This document shows, piece by piece, positions 49,264 through 58,856 of a stretch of 64,000 bases of DNA (position 1 is the first letter of the stretch; every line of letters begins with the position of its first letter). The position numbers and the translations under genes were made by a program. The notes below the pieces were generated by a model. It saw only the letters and a program-made list of their open reading frames with translations, did not search any database and was not told the origin of the DNA. Location of the stretch: positions 3,050-67,049 of the forward strand of contig CAZTEU010000003.1 in assembly GCA_964612105.1 (NCBI GenBank). The letters run 5' to 3'. This stretch comes from an uncultured Gammaproteobacteria bacterium (lineage in GTDB: Bacteria; Patescibacteriota; Patescibacteriia; Magasanikbacterales; UBA922).

Positions 49264-49292
49264 ATACTATATGAAAACCCTCTTTATGTCAA
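49264..49292 (-). promoter_or_regulatory. Internal promoter for the 49216-39874 module
   Basis: TTGACA-17 nt-TAGTAT on the minus strand. Confidence 0.65.
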
Positions 49293-49298
49293 CCGTAA

Positions 49299-50081
49299 TT
49301 AAGAAAAGTGTCTCACCTGTCCACCATCTATTACAATCGATGATCCTGTTATAAAAGATGCGCTTTTTGAAGACAAATAAAACACAGTTTTTGCTATATC
49401 ATCAGGTTTACCAAATCTGCCTTGTGGAACATTTTCCTTTATATATTCCTCTACAGATTCTCTTGAATTGTTCCTTAATTCCTCCCACCTACCTCCAACA
49501 AAAAATATGTTTCCAGGGTGGACTATGTTTACTCTTATATTTTCTGTTGCCAACTCTTTACTAATACATTTTGCGTAGGTGTTCAAAGCAGATTTAGCTA
49601 CAGAATATGAAATTGGAGCTTTTGAGTATTCCAGACCAGCTATGGAACCAATGTAGCAAATACTAGCATTTTTTGATTTTCTAAGAAGTGGTAATAAATG
49701 GTTTGTAGTAATTATATTTCCAAAGAAATTTTGATGCATTACTTCATCCCATTCATTCTGATCTAACATCATTCCTCCTTTTGTTTTTCCATTTCCAACA
49801 CAGAAAATTGCTGTGTCAAGAACTGTAAATGTTTCATTGATTTTACTGATTAGACCCTTCAGTTCTGATGCAACAGTAATGTCAGCAGAAAATCCATAAA
49901 CACGGCCAGGATACTCACTCTTTAGCTGTCCAACAATTTTAATTAGCTTTTCTTGATTCCTACCATGAAGAATAACAGAAGATCCATTTTCTAGAAATAC
50001 CTTTGCTACTGCTAGACCAATCCCTCCAGTAGACCCAGCAACAAATACTCTTTCTTTGTTTTGTAATTCATCATCAATCAT
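49299..50081 (-). CDS. SDR family oxidoreductase
   Basis: GSTGGIG, YSVAK, VNIVHPGNI, IDGG. Confidence 0.87.
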   Translation of the reverse strand: MIDDELQNKERVFVAGSTGGIGLAVAKVFLENGSSVILHGRNQEKLIKIVGQLKSEYPGRVYGFSADITVASELKGLISKINETFTVLDTAIFCVGNGKTKGGMMLDQNEWDEVMHQNFFGNIITTNHLLPLLRKSKNASICYIGSIAGLEYSKAPISYSVAKSALNTYAKCISKELATENIRVNIVHPGNIFFVGGRWEELRNNSRESVEEYIKENVPQGRFGKPDDIAKTVFYLSSKSASFITGSSIVIDGGQVRHFS

Positions 50082-50098
50082 AATTATAAAAAATTATA

Positions 50099-50905
50099 TT
50101 ACCAGGCTGTTTGCCCACCATCAACTACCATGTTACTAGCTGTAATAAATTTGGATGCCTCAGAACATAGAAATAATATAACTCCCTGATATTCATCCGG
50201 AGTAGCAGGACGACCTAGCATATTTCTCGCACCAAGTTTTTTTAAAAATTCAGGACTCATTGAGCCGAAATTTACAGCCCCCAAAGATACAGAATTTACC
50301 CTAACACCTGGAGCCACAGACGCATAGTAAGATGCCCACGCTCTAGTAAGTCCCAATAGTGCCGTTTTAACTGTAGGATACGCAACTGACTTATACTTAC
50401 CTTTCTCGTATTTTCTATTATCTGGAGCTGTTATTGCAGACGTAGACGCTATGTTAATAACACATCCATCTTGTTTATCTATCATGTACGGCGCAACTGC
50501 CTGACTACAAAAATGAGCGCCTGTCAGACCAACAGAAAGCTCTCTATTCCACAATTCTGGTGGATATATCTCATAGGGACTAAATTGTTTATTGTCTTGC
50601 TCTCCAGCATCACTTCCAACCTTCGGGTTCATTGTTGCGTTATTTATTAATATATCAATTCTCCCATATTTTTCAACAACCTGCTTAACAGCATTCTGGA
50701 CTTGCTCGTAATCCGAAATGTCTACATTTATTTGTAATATATTATTATCTAGATCGTCAGTGTTATGAACATCAAATGAAACAGGAGTTGCTCCGGCGTC
50801 TGAAAGTATTTTTATATGTTGGACTCCAAGTCTCCCAGCCCCGCCTGTGATTATAGCAACCTTACCCTCAAGCGAGAATAATTCCATTATTTTTTCTTTA
50901 TTCAT
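50099..50905 (-). CDS. SDR family oxidoreductase (PtmA/ElaC-like)
   Basis: TGGAGRLG, DILINNA, YPTVK, VVDGGQTAW. Confidence 0.87.
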   Translation of the reverse strand: MNKEKIMELFSLEGKVAIITGGAGRLGVQHIKILSDAGATPVSFDVHNTDDLDNNILQINVDISDYEQVQNAVKQVVEKYGRIDILINNATMNPKVGSDAGEQDNKQFSPYEIYPPELWNRELSVGLTGAHFCSQAVAPYMIDKQDGCVINIASTSAITAPDNRKYEKGKYKSVAYPTVKTALLGLTRAWASYYASVAPGVRVNSVSLGAVNFGSMSPEFLKKLGARNMLGRPATPDEYQGVILFLCSEASKFITASNMVVDGGQTAW

Positions 50906-50932
50906 AATAAATATAATATATAATTAATGTAA

Positions 50933-51739
50933 CTAATATGTTTTTTCAAGCCAATCTCTAACGCTATTCAAGTATTCGGTGTTAAGATCTATATCGTCAA
51001 CATTAGTGTCACGAGCGCCTTGCATTATAAATGGTCCTGAATAACCAATCTTTTTTAGCGCTGAAAATATATCAGGAAAGTTGGCATCTCCACTCCCTAT
51101 AGGTACTGATCCACCATTGATTTTTCTATCTTTTACATGTACGCCACAGATCAGATCTCCTAAAAATTCTATTTCTCTAGTAACATCGACCCCCATACTT
51201 ACCATATTTCCGATATCGTAGTACACACCTATGTTGGGATGATTAAAAGAGTATATAAAATCTTTTAGCTCACTAGCAGCCATTTCTGTTTCAACTCCCA
51301 GCACAATGTCATGTTTTTTTGCAAAATCAAGTGCTGGTCCTATGTATTTTAAAGCAGTATCTTTATCTTCTTTTGTCAAAAGAGCTCTTTCATCAAAAAA
51401 GGACAATAGAACTTTCTTAGCGCCAACCTCTGCAGACTGTTTTATTAACTCAATCAATAAATCAGTGTACTCTGGGCTCTTAATATAAAATCCATGCACT
51501 GATGGAATGGAAATATTGAACTTCTTAGACAATCGTGTTATTCTGCCTACATCGAAAGCAGACCATAATGGATTTCTTTCATAACTATCTCTTTTCACCA
51601 ACAGCTCAATACAGTCAAAGCCAACCATACTTGCAATTTCAAACTCTTTTTCCCAATTATCAAAAGGGAAAAATTGTATACTTCCATCCTTAGAGGCTGT
51701 TAGTCTGCCCTGCAAAATACCTATTTTTGGTAAACTCAT
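50933..51739 (-). CDS. Sugar-phosphate isomerase/epimerase (xylose-isomerase-like TIM barrel)
   Basis: IGILQGRL, IQFFP, YYDIGN, VHVKDR, GSGDANF. Confidence 0.8.
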   Translation of the reverse strand: MSLPKIGILQGRLTASKDGSIQFFPFDNWEKEFEIASMVGFDCIELLVKRDSYERNPLWSAFDVGRITRLSKKFNISIPSVHGFYIKSPEYTDLLIELIKQSAEVGAKKVLLSFFDERALLTKEDKDTALKYIGPALDFAKKHDIVLGVETEMAASELKDFIYSFNHPNIGVYYDIGNMVSMGVDVTREIEFLGDLICGVHVKDRKINGGSVPIGSGDANFPDIFSALKKIGYSGPFIMQGARDTNVDDIDLNTEYLNSVRDWLEKTY

Positions 51740-51790
51740 ATATGAGACACGATACCATAAAAACCCATAATTATCAACACTATAATAAAT

Positions 51791-52510
51791 ATGAACATAC
51801 TAGGAATAATCCCCGCTAGAGGGGGCTCAAAAAGAATTAAAAACAAAAACATAAGACTTTTTGCAGGTAAACCTCTAATAGCTTGGAGCATAGAATCTGC
51901 ATTAAAATCTAATAGTATAGATAGGGTTTTGGTTTCTACTGACTCTGAAGAGATTGCCAAAATTGCAAATGAATATGGGGCTGAAGTTCCTTTTTTAAGA
52001 CCAAAAGAACTGGCAGAAGACACCGTCGCTACAGAACCTGTAGTTAAACATGCATATGAGTGGCTTATTAAGAATGAAAACTACACCGCAGACGCCATAG
52101 TACTACTAATGCCCACTAACCCACTTAGAACATACTCTCATATAGATGAAGGTATCAGAATATTCAAAGAAAAGAATGTAGATTCTGTAGTTTCTGTAAA
52201 TGAAACCCCTGCAAACCACACACCTTACTGGACTATAACAAAAGATGAAAACAACAATCCAGTAATGTGGGACGGTTCAAATATAAAAGATATAATTCCA
52301 AGAAGTCAGGATTTTAAAAAAGAAACGTATGGAAGGAATGATTTAGTTTATGTTCTAAAACCAAAAAATCTTCTTGAAGAGAAGAGTAATCTATACGGAG
52401 AAAAAGTCGAATTGTACATTACTGATCTTCTCCATGATGCAGACATTAACACAGAACATGAGTGGAAGTTGACAGAGTTACAATTCAAATTACTCAGAGA
52501 GCTTTCTTGA
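51791..52510 (+). CDS. neuA: CMP-nonulosonate synthetase 2, on the opposite strand
   Basis: IPARGGSKRIKNKN, GKPLIAW, VSTDS, PFLRPKELAED, PTNPLR. Confidence 0.9.
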   Translation: MNILGIIPARGGSKRIKNKNIRLFAGKPLIAWSIESALKSNSIDRVLVSTDSEEIAKIANEYGAEVPFLRPKELAEDTVATEPVVKHAYEWLIKNENYTADAIVLLMPTNPLRTYSHIDEGIRIFKEKNVDSVVSVNETPANHTPYWTITKDENNNPVMWDGSNIKDIIPRSQDFKKETYGRNDLVYVLKPKNLLEEKSNLYGEKVELYITDLLHDADINTEHEWKLTELQFKLLRELS

Positions 52511-53923
52511 GATAATTGCTACGTGATTTTTTATATTTTGTGTTACATCTATACACGACAAACCTTTATTGTATGGATCACGGAATGCACTAAGTACAAC
52601 ACTTTGAAAACTTCCTAGGAAATTTATTATTTTTTGATGATCAACTCTAAAACCTTTTTCTATTTCACTTATGGCTTTTGAACAAGATTCAATATTATTT
52701 GCCTGAAATATCCCGTGACACCCTCTATACCAAGGGTATCCAAATATTATACCTGGCTTTCCCCTAAGTACCCCTTCCCAGGGTGATGTACCTCCCACAC
52801 TAGCTACAGCGATAGCTTTCTCAGAAAGAGTAAAAGTGTCTGTACTAACAGGTACTAAGTAAACATTTTTTAACTTTGCTATATCTCTATAAAAACCCTC
52901 GTAGCGATAGCTGAAATATATTAAACCTCGTGGCTTCCATTGAAATGGATGTTCCTTTACATATATAATCCAATCTTTTGGTAAACAGTATGACAGCATT
53001 TCTATCATTAGTAATTGATCTACAAAAATTCCACCTAACGGACTAGTAGTGCACTCAGGTTGATAGTGTAGGGTTACGTATATATATTTTTTTGAAAAGT
53101 CAGGCTCTACCTGAAGAGCTTGATATTCCTTTTTCAAATTTCCCTTCTTCCATCTTAATACTCTATTAAATAGTTTTTCGAAAAAAGTACCATCGTGAAT
53201 ACTCTTTTTAAAGACCTTCGATTTAATCTTAACCGTCTTTATGATAGAGTACTCAGACATAAATTGTTTAACTATCTGAGGAGTTGAAGACTCTTCTGGA
53301 TTCATTTGATTCTCATAATACTTTCTAACATCTGAATCAAAATCACTGACAGAGTAACTTTTTTCATGGTCAGCTTCTAGCTGTTTTATTAAGTCGGAAG
53401 AACCCTCCCTATAATCATCCATAACAATTGAACGATCATATACTGCAGTCAATTCAAAAATTATAGTCTTTATCCCATACATTTTAGCCAAGCCATATAT
53501 AACCAGGTCGTAAATTGTGTGCGGAGCAGAGGGGCAAACAATGGCGTCTGGCTTGTACTTTTTAATTACACCATCCCAGTATTTAAGATATCTGTAATAT
53601 AGATGTTTTTTCTGGTTCTCTGACATCCATTCATACCTCTTATTCATCATTACAAGAAGCGTAGATTCAGTCTCGTACATTTGTTTTATTAGGTTTTCAG
53701 AAGGTGGTGGAAATCCTGAGTCATCAACATCTGGAGACCCTATTCCAGCACGAGCGTCATGATAGTCATGAAAAATTGTATCTGGAAATTCATTTTTATT
53801 TACATTTGATTCCAACTTTGGCCCAGACCAATAAACTATGTCATGAGATTGTTTTCTAATCTCCTTTACTACATCAGTAAGCCCAAATTCTTTACCGCTC
53901 CACTCAATAAAAAAAAGTCTCAT
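52490..53923 (-). CDS. KpsS/Capsule_synth-like protein, putative CMP-ulosonate transferase
   Basis: YVTLHYQPE, YVKEHP, GGTSPWEG.LRGKP...G.PWY C-terminal motifs. Confidence 0.72.
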   Translation of the reverse strand: MRLFFIEWSGKEFGLTDVVKEIRKQSHDIVYWSGPKLESNVNKNEFPDTIFHDYHDARAGIGSPDVDDSGFPPPSENLIKQMYETESTLLVMMNKRYEWMSENQKKHLYYRYLKYWDGVIKKYKPDAIVCPSAPHTIYDLVIYGLAKMYGIKTIIFELTAVYDRSIVMDDYREGSSDLIKQLEADHEKSYSVSDFDSDVRKYYENQMNPEESSTPQIVKQFMSEYSIIKTVKIKSKVFKKSIHDGTFFEKLFNRVLRWKKGNLKKEYQALQVEPDFSKKYIYVTLHYQPECTTSPLGGIFVDQLLMIEMLSYCLPKDWIIYVKEHPFQWKPRGLIYFSYRYEGFYRDIAKLKNVYLVPVSTDTFTLSEKAIAVASVGGTSPWEGVLRGKPGIIFGYPWYRGCHGIFQANNIESCSKAISEIEKGFRVDHQKIINFLGSFQSVVLSAFRDPYNKGLSCIDVTQNIKNHVAIISRKLSE

Positions 53924-53931
53924 AGAAAGAA

Positions 53932-55710
53932 TTATCTTAAATTGTACATTCTAAACAGATAGCTACTTTTATCTTTAAGAAGTTCTTGGGGATTACCCTT
54001 TTCAATTATTTTCCCTTTTTCAATAACAATCAAATTGTCTGCTGTCATTACTGTTGAGAGCCTATGCGCTATTGAAATGACAGTAACCTTTCCCTTAAGT
54101 CCATTTATAGCCTCTTGTATTAACACTTCAGATTCATTATCAAGTGCGCTTGTTGCTTCATCCAACACCAGTATCTCAGGATTAGTTGCAAGTACACGAG
54201 CAAGTACAATTCTCTGTCTTTGTCCACCTGAAAGTTTTATTCCACGCTCCCCTACTTGCGTTTCAAATTGATCTGGCAACTCTTGTATGAAATCGTATAT
54301 ATTTGCCATTTTTGCTGATCTAATAATGTCTTCTTGGGATGTGTTTTTATTGTAAAACTTAATGTTATTTCCTATTGTATCATTTACCAAAAATGAGTCT
54401 TGAGAAACATATCCAATGTTAGTTCTCCACTCACTAAGCTTAATAGCATCTATTTTATTTCCATCAATAAGTATTTCTCCTTCACTTGTTCCAAATAGTC
54501 TAAGTATTAAATCTGTTATTGTGGTTTTACCAGATCCAGATGGACCTATTATGCCCACAATGTCTCCCTTTTTGATTAGAAAGCTAATATCTTCCAAAAT
54601 AGTACTGTGAGCGTCATAAGAGAAATTTACATTCTTGAATTCTATGCTTTTCTTAAATTTGAAATCTCCCTTACCAACGCTTTCCTCTTTTTCATTCCTA
54701 GATTTTTGTTTGTACTCTACTATGGCAGATAAATAGGGAACAAATGAGCTTATCTGGTGTAATTGAACCTGAGCAATCTGCACATTGCCAAACACTTTGT
54801 TTATAGCATAGACAATAACAGCAAAAGATGCGAAGCTAAAGGCTGCTGTCTTGTAAAAATAAGAAAAAATTCCTACAACTAGTATTAGACCAAGCGGCTG
54901 CAACAAGGCACTAGTTGAATTTCTTAGAAAAACCATCTTCATTGTAAGATGTTTCATGTTCTCAAAATACTTACTACCCTGTTTTGCTACTTGCTTCTCC
55001 AAAGACATTGACTTAATTGCCTTGCTTCCAATTAAGGCCTCATCCACGTAGTGAGCCATTTCTTTATATAGCCCATTAACCTCTTTTGAGATTACTTTGT
55101 TTTTGTAAAATAATGGTTTAAATATTAAGAAAACTATAAATCCAAAAATTACCGTTATTAGGGCAATTACAGGTGATACGTTAAACGCTAATAATGTGTA
55201 TATTATTAGGTTTGATATTGTAATTAGCGACATACTTATGTAAGTCAACAGGGCTGAGCTTTTACTTACATCCGTAGTCAATACTTGATTTAAATATCCA
55301 GTTTTCTGCCTGGAAAGATGTGACCAGCTACTTTTCATGGTTGCACCAAACAATTCAATTCTTGTGTTTTTTTCGTAGGAAGTTGTTATGTGAGCAGATA
55401 TTTGACTTGAAACAAAAAGTAATACTGCCTTAAATATAAATAAAGATATAACAAAAATTAGCAAAAATTTTAATGTGTAAGGTAAGTGGAAGAGAAGAAA
55501 AAACTTCTCAATGAATTGAGAAATTAAATCACCAGAACCACCATGTCCTTTGTTTACAAAAGAAAAAACAGGTATCACCGCTGTAATACCAAAACCTTCT
55601 AGTATTCCACCTATAAAACTTAAGCCGCCTAAAAGAACTATGTGCCAATAATAACCCCCATATTCTTTTTTAGCTAAAATGTACAAGTTCTTTAATGATC
55701 TAAATTTCAT
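53932..55710 (-). CDS. ABC exporter (MsbA/PglK-like glycan flippase)
   Basis: TM domain fused to NBD; GPSGSGKT, LSGGQRQR, LDEATSALD, IAHRLST. Confidence 0.9.
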   Translation of the reverse strand: MKFRSLKNLYILAKKEYGGYYWHIVLLGGLSFIGGILEGFGITAVIPVFSFVNKGHGGSGDLISQFIEKFFLLFHLPYTLKFLLIFVISLFIFKAVLLFVSSQISAHITTSYEKNTRIELFGATMKSSWSHLSRQKTGYLNQVLTTDVSKSSALLTYISMSLITISNLIIYTLLAFNVSPVIALITVIFGFIVFLIFKPLFYKNKVISKEVNGLYKEMAHYVDEALIGSKAIKSMSLEKQVAKQGSKYFENMKHLTMKMVFLRNSTSALLQPLGLILVVGIFSYFYKTAAFSFASFAVIVYAINKVFGNVQIAQVQLHQISSFVPYLSAIVEYKQKSRNEKEESVGKGDFKFKKSIEFKNVNFSYDAHSTILEDISFLIKKGDIVGIIGPSGSGKTTITDLILRLFGTSEGEILIDGNKIDAIKLSEWRTNIGYVSQDSFLVNDTIGNNIKFYNKNTSQEDIIRSAKMANIYDFIQELPDQFETQVGERGIKLSGGQRQRIVLARVLATNPEILVLDEATSALDNESEVLIQEAINGLKGKVTVISIAHRLSTVMTADNLIVIEKGKIIEKGNPQELLKDKSSYLFRMYNLR

Positions 55711-55722
55711 AGAGATATGAAA

Positions 55723-56370
55723 TTAATAATTGTGGAACATGTTTTGCACACTGTCCTTTGTGTGTTCTACATTAGTAGCGCCTTCTTCTGACCAAAAAAC
55801 TTTTTGCTCCACAATGTCGCACATAATATGACCTATTGCTATGTGAGATTCTTGTATCCTTGGAATTTCGCTTGATGGTACTACTATCGCCACATCCACA
55901 ATGTCTTTCAATTTTCCTCCACCGGATCCTATAAGACCTATAACTTTTAGTCCTCGCTCTTTAGAGAACTTTGCAGCTTCTAATATATTGCCTGAATTTC
56001 CACTGGTTGTAATAGCTATGACAATATCAGAAGGGTGGTTTGCAAAAGCTTCTATTTGTCTTGAAAAAATTGTGCAATCACTACCCTCGTCATTAGTAAT
56101 GGATGTTAATATAGATGTATTTGTAGTAAGAGCTAGTGCAGGAAGAGCTCTTCTACCCTTAATCTTAAACTTTGCTACCCACTCTCCAGCTATGTGCTGA
56201 GCATCTGCTGCACTTCCACCGTTCCCAATTATAAAAACTTTTCCTCCAGAAAGGAAAGAGTCAACGATAATATTACACGCCATCTCAATGCTGTCTGATT
56301 CTAATTCAGCCAACTTTATTTTTATTTCAGCGCTTTTCTTTAATTGCTCTACTATCAAATCCTTAATCAT
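55723..56370 (-). CDS. gmhA: Phosphoheptose isomerase (SIS domain)
   Basis: GNGGSAADAQH, LTSITND, FSRQIEA, TTSGNS.N, RIQESH. Confidence 0.88.
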   Translation of the reverse strand: MIKDLIVEQLKKSAEIKIKLAELESDSIEMACNIIVDSFLSGGKVFIIGNGGSAADAQHIAGEWVAKFKIKGRRALPALALTTNTSILTSITNDEGSDCTIFSRQIEAFANHPSDIVIAITTSGNSGNILEAAKFSKERGLKVIGLIGSGGGKLKDIVDVAIVVPSSEIPRIQESHIAIGHIMCDIVEQKVFWSEEGATNVEHTKDSVQNMFHNY

Positions 56371-56388
56371 AAACAGGTCTTTTATTTT

Positions 56389-57345
56389 CTAGAAGTCTAC
56401 TTTTCTACGAAGTTTTTTTATGATTGGTAATTCATCGTCTAGTACTTTTTTATAACCATCTCCAAATGCTTTTCTGTATCTTTGTATATTTCCAGCCATA
56501 AGTTTAAGCCCTGAAGGTTCTAGACTTGCTGACTGGTCTGAACCCCACATTGTTCTATCAAGTGTTATATGGCGCTCAACACAAACTGCGCCTAGTGCAG
56601 CTGCACATACTGACATGGTTGTTCCATGCTCATGGCCACTATACCCAATTGGCACGTCAGGAAACTCTCTCTTAAGAGTCTGAATCATAGATAGATTAAG
56701 ATCTTCGTCCTTTGTAGGATATGTAGAAACACAATGCAAAATTACAAGATTATCCGTTCCAACAATTCTTACAGCTTCATGCACTTGCTCCATAGTACTT
56801 AATCCTGTCGAAAGTATTATCGGTTTACCTTTTGATCTTGTATGTCTTAGTAGTCCAGAGTCTGTCATAGATGCTGACCCTATCTTGTAGCACGGAGGAT
56901 TGAATTGATCTATATCATCAACACTTTTCTCATCCCAACAAGAAGCGAAACACAATATTCCCCTACCTTCACAATATTTGAATAAATCCTTATATTCCTC
57001 AATGCTAAACTCAAGGGCATATTTCAAATCCCCATTGGTTGTGTTGTTAATATCCTGATTTAATCTCTCCACTGACTCAGAAGGTAGTACACCTCTTGCT
57101 ATTGCGTTATGTATAATATTTGCTGGAACTTCTCTCGGCTTATCTAATTCTTCCTTTGAATAAACAACATCTATTGTTCTCTTCTGAAATTTTATTGCAT
57201 TACACCCCGCCTCTACAGCAATATCTATTAGTAACTTAGCTGTATTAATTTTTCCATTATGATTAATACCAATTTCTCCAATAATAAACACAGGGTTATT
57301 ACCACCAACCATTTGTCCTCCGAAATTAACTTCTCTCATAAACAT
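56389..57345 (-). CDS. neuB: Second NeuB-family synthase, short form without SAF domain
   Basis: IIGEIGINHNG, IKFQKR, HCVSTYP, GYSGHE, ERHITLDR.MWGSDQ; ends at KKLRRKVDF. Confidence 0.88.
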   Translation of the reverse strand: MFMREVNFGGQMVGGNNPVFIIGEIGINHNGKINTAKLLIDIAVEAGCNAIKFQKRTIDVVYSKEELDKPREVPANIIHNAIARGVLPSESVERLNQDINNTTNGDLKYALEFSIEEYKDLFKYCEGRGILCFASCWDEKSVDDIDQFNPPCYKIGSASMTDSGLLRHTRSKGKPIILSTGLSTMEQVHEAVRIVGTDNLVILHCVSTYPTKDEDLNLSMIQTLKREFPDVPIGYSGHEHGTTMSVCAAALGAVCVERHITLDRTMWGSDQSASLEPSGLKLMAGNIQRYRKAFGDGYKKVLDDELPIIKKLRRKVDF

Positions 57346-57369
57346 ATATATTTAATACTAATCCGTGTT

Positions 57370-57398
57370 AGATTACACTAATACAAGAATTACGTCAA
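57370..57398 (-). promoter_or_regulatory. Internal promoter for neuB2-gmhA-ABC-kpsS-like
   Basis: TTGACG-17 nt-TAATCT on the minus strand. Confidence 0.55.
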
Positions 57399-57420
57399 AC
57401 AGATTTATTTAAGGCTTTTT

Positions 57421-58065
57421 TCAGCTTTCAACTATATTAATAAAATTTCTAATGATGGAAAGACCTACCTTACCACTCTTTTCAGGGTGAAATTGACACC
57501 CATAAATGTTACCCTTCTTGACGGTTGAGCAAAACGACATTCCACCATATTTTGTAGTTGATAGAATGTTATTTTCATTTTCTGTCTCTATATAATACGA
57601 ATGAACAAAATACACACTGTCCCCTTTTTCAGCACCTTCCAAAATAGTGTCATTCCAAGAACCGTCATTCAAGGACTCTAGAGAGTTCCAACCTATATGA
57701 GGTATTTTTTCCACACAGTTCTCACTATCAAACTTAATGACCTTACCAGGAATTATTCCTAGACCTTGATGTATTCCAAATTCATGACCCTCAGAAAGAA
57801 GAAGTTGTGCACCCACACAAATTCCAAGTAATGGTTTATTGTCTCTAGCTATTTCCTTTATTGTTTCCTCCAATTCACGCTCTCTCAAACCCTTCATTGC
57901 AGTAGCAAAAGCACCAACACCAGGAAGAATAACTCCGTCAGCATTTTTAATAGTATCATTGTCACTTGAAAGAATTGCATCTTTCCCAAAATTAGAAAAG
58001 ACCTTCTTAATACTGTGAATATTTCCAATATCGTAGTCTACTATGACAATTCTCTTATCCTTCAT
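57421..58065 (-). CDS. HisH-like glutamine amidotransferase (WbuY type, glycan associated)
   Basis: ILPGVGAF, LGICVG, PHIGWN, YFVHSY, QFHPEKS. Confidence 0.9.
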   Translation of the reverse strand: MKDKRIVIVDYDIGNIHSIKKVFSNFGKDAILSSDNDTIKNADGVILPGVGAFATAMKGLRERELEETIKEIARDNKPLLGICVGAQLLLSEGHEFGIHQGLGIIPGKVIKFDSENCVEKIPHIGWNSLESLNDGSWNDTILEGAEKGDSVYFVHSYYIETENENNILSTTKYGGMSFCSTVKKGNIYGCQFHPEKSGKVGLSIIRNFINIVES

Positions 58066-58825
58066 ATCTTACATTAATATTTTTCTCAATTAAGTGCTTT
58101 TTTATGTCGTTAATTGAATATTCCTTATAATGGAACAAAGACGATAGTGCAACTGCATCGGCTTTACCTTTTATAATAACATCTTCTACAGACAATGGAC
58201 TTCCGGCACCTCCGTGCGCAATAACAGGAATCGGCGCAATAGATGAGATTTTTTCAACTATACTTGTGTCATACCCCTGCCTTGTTCCTTCTTTATCAAT
58301 AGAGCTTAATAGTATTTCTCCAACACCCAGCTCTATCCCCCTTTTTGCCCAAGATATTGCATCTACACCAGTATGCTCTCTACCCCCATCTGTGTATGCT
58401 TCCCACATACCATTATTTTGTTTTTTCGCCTCAATAAATAGTACAACACACTGCGATCCAAACTCTTGCACTGCTTTGGTTAAGAAATCAGGATTATGAA
58501 TTGCGTATGTGTTTATCGCCACCTTGTCAGCACCAGCACGAAGGGCATTTTTTACATCTTGAATTGACCGTATACCGCCACCAACTGTTACCGGAATAAA
58601 AACACCATCTGTAACGGATTTTAATTGGTCGAAATCAATGTTTCTTTGATACAAACTTGCAACAATATCTAGATATATTATTTCATCAGCACCATCTTTG
58701 TAATATCTGTCTATAAAAACCTTCGGGCTACCCATAACGCGAAGAGCTTCTGTCTGCATTGGTTTTACTAAGTTGACACCTTTTATATCAAGGCGTGGTA
58801 TTATGCGAATATTTTTTTCGTGCAT
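58055..58825 (-). CDS. HisF-like protein (WbuZ/AglZ type, glycan associated)
   Basis: RIIPRLDIKG, GADEIIYLDIVASLY, TVGGGIRS, GADKVAIN. Confidence 0.9.
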   Translation of the reverse strand: MHEKNIRIIPRLDIKGVNLVKPMQTEALRVMGSPKVFIDRYYKDGADEIIYLDIVASLYQRNIDFDQLKSVTDGVFIPVTVGGGIRSIQDVKNALRAGADKVAINTYAIHNPDFLTKAVQEFGSQCVVLFIEAKKQNNGMWEAYTDGGREHTGVDAISWAKRGIELGVGEILLSSIDKEGTRQGYDTSIVEKISSIAPIPVIAHGGAGSPLSVEDVIIKGKADAVALSSLFHYKEYSINDIKKHLIEKNINVRYEG

Positions 58826-58856
58826 ATCATAATATAAATCTACACCACAAATCAGT

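Noticed and set aside
57421-58825. hisH/hisF as histidine biosynthesis
   Set aside because: No other his genes are present, and the pair is adjacent to a WbuX-type amidotransferase, the known glycan amidination context
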